DNA from: Macrostomum lignano
Taxonomy: Eukaryota
Reading direction: 5' to 3'
Assembly: GCA_002269645.1 (NCBI GenBank)
Contig: NIVC01002399.1
Coordinates: forward strand, 1-56,851
Length of the DNA stretch: 56,851 nucleotides
Position numbers and translations under genes: made by a program
Shown here: in pieces, positions 50,328 to 56,851 of the stretch
How the letters are laid out: every line of letters begins with the position of its first letter
Position numbering within the stretch: the first letter of the stretch is position 1
The notes under the pieces: model-generated
Told to the model about the DNA's origin: nothing
Databases searched by the model: none
What the model saw: the letters and a program-made list of their open reading frames with translations, nothing else

Positions 50328-51020
50328 TAGTCTCAGATGTCACTCTCGGAAGAGAATAGTCCCAGATATCACTCTCGGAAGGGACAGTCCCAGATGTCAC
50401 TTTCGGAGGGAATAGTCTCAGATATCACTCTTGGAAGAGAATAGTCTCAGATGTCACTCTCGAGGGGAATAGTCTCAGATATCACTCTCGGAAGAGAATA
50501 GTTTCAAATGTCACTCTAGGAGGGAATAATCTCAGATGTCTCTCTCGGAGGGAATAGTCTCAGATGTCACCCTAATAACTCTAGGATGGGATAGTCTCAG
50601 ATGTCACTCTCGGAAGAGAATAGTCTCAGATGTCACTCTCGGGAGGGAATAGTCTCAGATGTCACTCTCGGAGGGAATAGTCTCAAATATCACTCTCGGA
50701 AGAGAATAGTCTCAGATGTCACTCTAGGAGGGAATAATCTCAGATGTCACTCTAGGAGGGAATAATCTCAGATGTCACTCTCGGAAGAGAATAGTCTCAG
50801 ATGTCACTCTCGGAGGGAAAAATCTCAGATGTCACTCTCGAAAGAGAATAGTCTCAGATGTCACTCTAGGAGGGAATAATCTCAGATTACACTCTCGGGG
50901 GGGGGGAATAGTCTGAGATGTCAGCCTCGGAAGGGATAGTCTTAAATGTCACTCTTGGAAGTAATAGCGTCAGATGTCAGTCTCGGAAGAGACATTCGGA
51001 CTGTTCGAATTGGAAATCCC
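50328..51020. repeat. ~29-bp minisatellite (gtctcagatgtcactctcggaagagaata)
   Basis: Direct inspection. Confidence 0.94.
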
Positions 51021-51221
51021 GAAATGTCACTCTTGGAATGGGATACCTATCAATATTAATGTCACTCAGGTAGAAAGACACCATTCTAAGAGAAGAGAAA
51101 CTAACAAAATGATATCCAATTTTCATAATTTTTCACTACTGCAGCGAGACAAAATTTGATATCGCTTTTTAAAAAAAACACAGAATCGATAGAAACAATG
51201 GGCGACCGATCGAACAGTCAA

Positions 51222-51767
51222 TCAAGGTGCCAAATTAGTCAAATTACCAAACTTGTCCAGATGCCTCAGCATAGACTGTACAGCCTCTTCAAACAATGTG
51301 AAATTAATATTCATGCCCTGCATAGTAAAGAACGGATTCTTCAAAGCGTAATCGGCGTAAATTTCGTAGATTCGTTTTAATACTTGATTAACATTGGCCT
51401 GCTTGGGATCGGTGATGACTAGAATCTTAACACCCGTGACAGTTTGCAGACAGTGCAGTCGGTAAGCGTCAGTCTCCAACAGTTGCAGACCGGATGACCC
51501 GGCAACTGGCGACAGCTTAGCCGTGATAGCGTAGATACTGTGAAACATGCCAGCTAGATTAATCCGCTCATTAGCTGTCAACTTTAGCTTGCCAAATTTA
51601 ATACTAACAGGATAGCTGGCTGGGTTAGCCAGAACTGACATGACTTCTTGTCCATTCTCTAGCAGAGTCGGCCTGCCTGCCTGCACGTTGGTGCCGTTCA
51701 CAGCCAGAACGCAGTGGCCGATCCTCACGCCGTCAGCTTCGCCGAACACGACGCAACAGCGCGAGTC
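51222..51767 (-). CDS. TRAPPC4: Trafficking protein particle complex subunit 4 (synbindin/Trs23), exon 2
   Basis: Acceptor gtaatcgccag|GAC. DSRCCVVFGEADGVRIGHCVLAVNG..NPASYPVSIKFG..LTANE..MFHSIYAI..LSPVAGSSG..LETD..LHCLQTVTGVK..YEIYADYALKNPF. Confidence 0.96.
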   Translation of the reverse strand, partial: DSRCCVVFGEADGVRIGHCVLAVNGTNVQAGRPTLLENGQEVMSVLANPASYPVSIKFGKLKLTANERINLAGMFHSIYAITAKLSPVAGSSGLQLLETDAYRLHCLQTVTGVKILVITDPKQANVNQVLKRIYEIYADYALKNPFFTMQGMNINFTLFEEAVQSMLRHLDKFGNLTNLAP

Positions 51768-51937
51768 CTGGCGATTACAATATTCATTTAATTGGATGTT
51801 ATCAGTGCCGACGAACTAAGGCACAGACAATTAAGGTCATGAGGTCTTATGTAGACCTCAACTATGGACTAACCAATCAATGACTTTCCAACATACTTCA
51901 TAACTTTACAATACAATAGAGATTATGCAGATCTTAC

Positions 51938-52078
51938 CTGCACCTCAATGACTGGCTCCAATGGATAGCTATAAGTTTTTTCTAGCTCATTAGCAGAGGT
52001 CAATAGCCGACTCTGATCAGTGTAGGTATAGACTAGGGCACCAGCATTGTTAATTATCATAATATTGTAGACCGGCAT
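51938..52078 (-). CDS. TRAPPC4: TRAPPC4 exon 1
   Basis: ATG at 52078. MPVYNIMIINNAGALVY..ELEKTYSYPLE..VQ. Donor CAG|GTAAGA, phase 0. Total 228 aa. Confidence 0.95.
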
Positions 52079-52566
52079 GTCTAATTAATGGCTGTGGCCA
52101 GCAATGACAATTGATTTTCCACATTTAAAAGTAAATATATACCCTATATATATATATATACCCTACCCTGGTGGAAAGGGCCTATACCCTCGTAATTTCT
52201 CGTATAATGCTTAGAGTTGTTCCAAAATTTCGATTTTGATTTCCCAAAATTTAGAAGTCAAAATTTTGAAAGTGTGTAAAAGAATGGCAAAAAATAAAAT
52301 AATTTGTGCTATTTACATGTATTTTTTGCATAAGCAGTAAATAAAGAGTAAAAAAGTGAGTTTTGGTCATACTAAACTTTGTTTTTCTGAATTTTGATTT
52401 TGGAAAATTTTAATTACAATTTTGGAAAGTTAGCCAAACTTTGATTTTAACAGAAAATGATTACCAATAATCCTAAAGTGCAGTAAAATAATTTGACTCT
52501 TCTTCTAAAGTGCACGTCAGAAAGTTTTCAACATTTATTCCAATAGGGAACCCGTTGGAAAAGCTT

Positions 52567-53060
52567 TGCACCTGCAGAGGCATAAAGGTCAACGAGGTGC
52601 ACAAAAGAGGCACTTTGGTGGCCTATTTCGTGTGTGTTTTGGAAATGCACCTGAGTGCACCTTTTATGCCTAAATGTCACCAATATTTTTGAAAAGAGGC
52701 ATGAAAGGTGTAAAATAGGTGAAGTGGTCAGGCAGTAGGTGAATTCTCAATTTTGATTGGTTGCGGCGGTAGAGGCAGTAAAGGTGTATAAGGGGCACTA
52801 GAGGTGCGCAAAAGGTGAAGAGTAGGCTCACAAGTGAGGCACATCAGGTGCACGGGAGGTGCTGAAGGGGCGCAGAAAGCGCATGAAAGGTGAATTAGGT
52901 GCATTTAAGGTGCATTTCAGGCACGAAAGGTGAATTAGAGGTGCATAAGGTGTACATGTGCAGCGTAAATATGTATACAGGTGCATTTCCAAAACACGCT
53001 CGAAATTATAGACCCCTAAAGTGCCTCTTCTGTGCACCCCGCTCAATTTCATGCCTATGC
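52567..53060. repeat. Imperfect ~85-bp inverted repeat within a GTGCAC/AGGTG-rich foldback-like region (52500-53660)
   Basis: gtgcacaaaagaggcactttggtggcctatttcgtgtgtgttttggaaatgcacctg mirrors caggtgcatttccaaaacacgctcgaaattatagacccctaaagtgcctcttctgtgcac. Confidence 0.65.
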
Positions 53061-53669
53061 ATGAATTAATGCATTAATAATTCATAACAAAAAATTAACT
53101 GAGAGTTACATATATGCTAATTGCTGCTATCCCCTTCCTAATCCTGACAAACCACAAAAAAATCATTTCCTAAACTGATAAGTTTTAATGACTTTTAAAT
53201 ACTCAGGAAAAGCTCCAAAAAGTGATGAAAAGGTTTGCATTAGTGAGGAAAAGTTTTGAATACTGAGAAAAGGAAGCAAAGAACTTTGCCAGTTGAAACT
53301 TTAACACCCCTTGCATTGCCTCAATGCCTAAAGTGCCCACTGTGCACCTTTTATTCACCTTTCGTGCCTCCAGTGCACACTGTACACCTTTTCTGCACCT
53401 CCACTGCAGCATATCTTTTTTTACCTTTCACTCCTCCAATGCCCCCAATTCCTATTTTATTCACCTTTTGTGCCTCAATGCACACTGTGCACCTTTTATG
53501 CACCTAACTCACCTATGACACCTGTGCCCCTACCGCTTATTTCGTGCCTTAAATTCACCTTCCACCCCTGCAGAGGCACTCAAATGAAAAAAAGGTGCAC
53601 AAGTGGCACAAAAAAGGCATAGGAGAGGCGAAAGTGAGGCAGAAGGTGCAAAACTCTTACCTTTCATGC

Positions 53670-56600
53670 CTACTTTAAAAATTTAAAATCCAATGGGGAA
53701 TATATAAAGCTAGCTAAAAGTTACATGGTGGTTTAGTTATAATTATTACTACTAAAGACAAAAAAGCTTGTTATATACATATAATGAATCTCACAGAATC
53801 AAGTCACATTAGTTTGGAACTAGCAGACAAATTGAACAAGAGTAAAAAAGTAAAAGCTTACAAATAAAATTATTTTCTTTCTAAAAAACTATACTTAAAC
53901 AAAATTTAAGCATGATTTAGCACCATTTAGGCAATCCAGTTATTATATATTATCCTTGGTAACACCCTATGCCCTACTATTATGCCAAATTAATTTTATA
54001 TTATAGCATGTTACCTTTTCTATGCAATACCCGAAAGCATGCTAATGTATGCCAACATTTTTTGTCAAACCAAATATATGCTAGAATTTTCTAGCATGAA
54101 ATATACCTTACTAGAGTATGATTCAATTTCATAAATAAGCTGGGTTTTTGTGTCATAGGCATGTCATAACATGTCAAAATTAAAAATAGCATAATGATTT
54201 TGATGCTTTTTGCCAAAATTATATAAAAATTTTTGCCATTATACCATTGCCAAATTGCCAATCCTGAACCCTCAATTCAGGGGCTTTTAACTTTGTTAAA
54301 ATATTACCTTGTTTGTCATGACAGCTGTACAACATATAACTTGCACTTTATGATCAACAGCAAGTTGCATTTCATCATGTAAGTTTGTAATTTGAATTAG
54401 CAAATTCTATCTTGCATTTCCATTATGTTTATCTATACTAATATGGGCTTACAAAGTGCTATTTTACATTTATGCTAATGGCATATTGAAATTGAAAATG
54501 GTATAACAATTGTAATATCATAATGCTAAATTTTGACAAAAAACTTAGTAAATAAGGTGAAAAATTGCTAGCCACTGAGTTTTAAAAGATATAAAATTCA
54601 AAATTTTCAGCTTTTAAAATCTTACTTAAGTCTCTAAACTAAGCCTAATAGACTATAGTCAAAGACAATATTTTAGTATAAAATCTATTTTTCAATTGGA
54701 ATAACTTGCCAAATTTTAATCAACCTCTACAATGTACTTAGTACCTATAGAGGCCTATTCCTATAGAAAAAAATTAAAATTGATAGAGAGCATATACTTT
54801 GTATACCATAGGCCTAGTAAAAGGCAAAAGAGCACATTATATTAGCAAGAATAAATTTATATTTTTTATATAATATGCCCCAAAGCAATTTTTTTCCTTG
54901 CACTTGCACTAGGCCTATATACAACTACTTAGGGTTTTTATATCCCAAAAACAAACTTTTCTAAAAAACTTGAAAAAGCAATTTATAAATTTATTGTTAT
55001 TTTTAGACTTAATCACTTGCAATTGCAATAGCTTTATTTTTATCCAAATTGAACTGAATTTGAATCTTGAACTTGAAGTGTCTTTGAATAGTCTTTTATA
55101 TAATATTTATTTATATTTATATCTTTTATATTTATAATAAAATACAATTAGGCCTAACAATTGTTATAAAGTCACAATAATTCATTGTACTTAGGGCTAA
55201 GTCCTCTATTTATTATATCATTATTGTTAATGTTCATATTATTACTATAAATATAATTAATACGCTAAATGTGCCAAGTACAAATGATAAATAGCCTTAG
55301 CCTAGGCTATTTGCATTAGAGCTTTTGGACTAATAAAATCTATTTAGTATTTACTACCTTTTTGTCTTTAGACTATGGCCTGTGCATCTCCCTCCCCCTA
55401 AAAAATCTATTATCATTATTTGATAAGTGTCATCTAATTATAATTCATAATTGATCATTATAATTGATTTTGAATTGACAATTTATAATTAATAATAGTC
55501 AATTACTTAGTTTATTATAGTCATTCATAAAAAAATTAGAAAGAAGCCTAGAACAAAGGTCCAAGTCCATTATGGGCATGACTAAGGTCCAAGGCTATTA
55601 ATAGGCAATCATTATTTGCATAATACTATGTAAATATAGCCTATGTTATTTACATGGTAACTGAAAAAATACCTTATAAATAATTAATTCTCCTATCAGG
55701 TACTAAATAATTATGCCTGTATCTTGTATTTTCATTATAAATTTTAACTAGGCCTAACAAAAGTTGGTAGATAGAGTTTAGTAGGGCCTAGGCCTAGTTT
55801 AGGTATGATTTATAATTTGTGTTAATAGCTTAACTGCTTAGCATTATTTATTAGCTTGTAGTACTCATAGTAGGGGCCTATTAGTAATGCAAAGTATGAA
55901 GGGTGTTCAAAAGAAAGAAACAATAATGCAACTCATTCGCTATCAAAATGATAGATTTGTAGTCAAATAACTGGACCATAGGCCTAGCTATAGCCATAGG
56001 CACTAGGGGGGGGTACTACACAGTATATAAAATTTTTTTTTAACTTTTTATACTAATTTTTTTAGTTACCATGTAAATAATGACAGTAGGCCTACTATTT
56101 ACAGTACACGGTACTGTGCAAATAACAAGGCACAACGCTGCACAAGTATCCTGCTCATAGCTCACCAGCTGTTAATATTCCAACAATGAAATCCATTCCT
56201 AATTAAATAATCCTAAAGCTTTACTATTACTTGAATGTTTGCTTGTAATTGTAGCTATTATTATTATTAACTATTACTGCATGTTTGCTTTGTGAACCTC
56301 CAATTTTGACCCAATTGGTTTTCTTGAGTGCTAGGCCCTACTTACAAGTTACATTGTAAGTTAAAGTTACAATGATCGAATATAAAAATTTTATGATTTT
56401 ATAATGTGAGGCGTGAGCATTGAGTAATAAAGCTTTTATTATCTTTCAGACTTATTACCATTTATATCCATTATCAAAACCTTCGTTTGTTCTAAGGAAA
56501 ATGAATAATTTTATGATTTTAAATAGCGCATATAAATAGTAAAACAAATAGTAAAACAATAAAACAAAAACTGTAACTAAATTCCATATATTTCTACATG

Positions 56601-56851
56601 AAATTATTACATTAAATACTGAGTAACAGATCAAAAGTTGTAATAAAAAACAATAAAAAGTGCATTAAATAATTTTTAATTTTATTGCGCTAATTTTAAA
56701 TTAATAAAACTCTGTTTGATTCATTTACAAGCAATTTAACTTTCAAAATTATTGAATAAAAGAGGATATACTCGACCTTCAGACTTTTTTGGAATTACTA
56801 ACTTTGGGTGGCTAAATAAAATCATGGCTAAATGTCAAATTTTATCACAGT
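53670..56851. other. AT-rich non-coding tract with clustered TAGGCCTA palindromes
   Basis: No ORF of 60 aa or more in the track; seven TAGGCCTA between 54809 and 56094. Confidence 0.75.

Overview
Eukaryotic (animal) genomic DNA with spliceosomal introns; by my tally about a quarter of the window is tandem repeat. The gene and repeat style suggests a free-living flatworm such as Macrostomum, but that is inference only. The minus strand of 1.2-40.9 kb carries four highly diverged but intact cassettes. Each encodes a signal peptide plus the N-terminal ~230-270 aa of a natriuretic-peptide-receptor (ANF_receptor) ligand-binding domain, and each ends in a phase-1 GT donor at the homologous position. 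Only one well-conserved downstream exon is visible (1242-1353, VVLCADPDTVREIMIKAH...). This fits a protocadherin/UGT1A-like variable-first-exon receptor locus and/or an array of secreted truncated receptor ectodomains with private terminal exons. Embedded in the array are a complete 3.5-kb P-element (THAP9-like transposase, perfect 32-bp TIRs, 8-bp TSD) and an antisense two-exon DEG/ENaC gene with altered gating and filter motifs. Further right are a BAHCC1/TNRC18-like Tudor+BAH gene (one apparent frameshift, one GC-AG intron), TRAPPC4, and an AT-rich tail strongly enriched in the palindrome TAGGCCTA. All exon boundaries were read by hand and checked for phase; none has transcript support.
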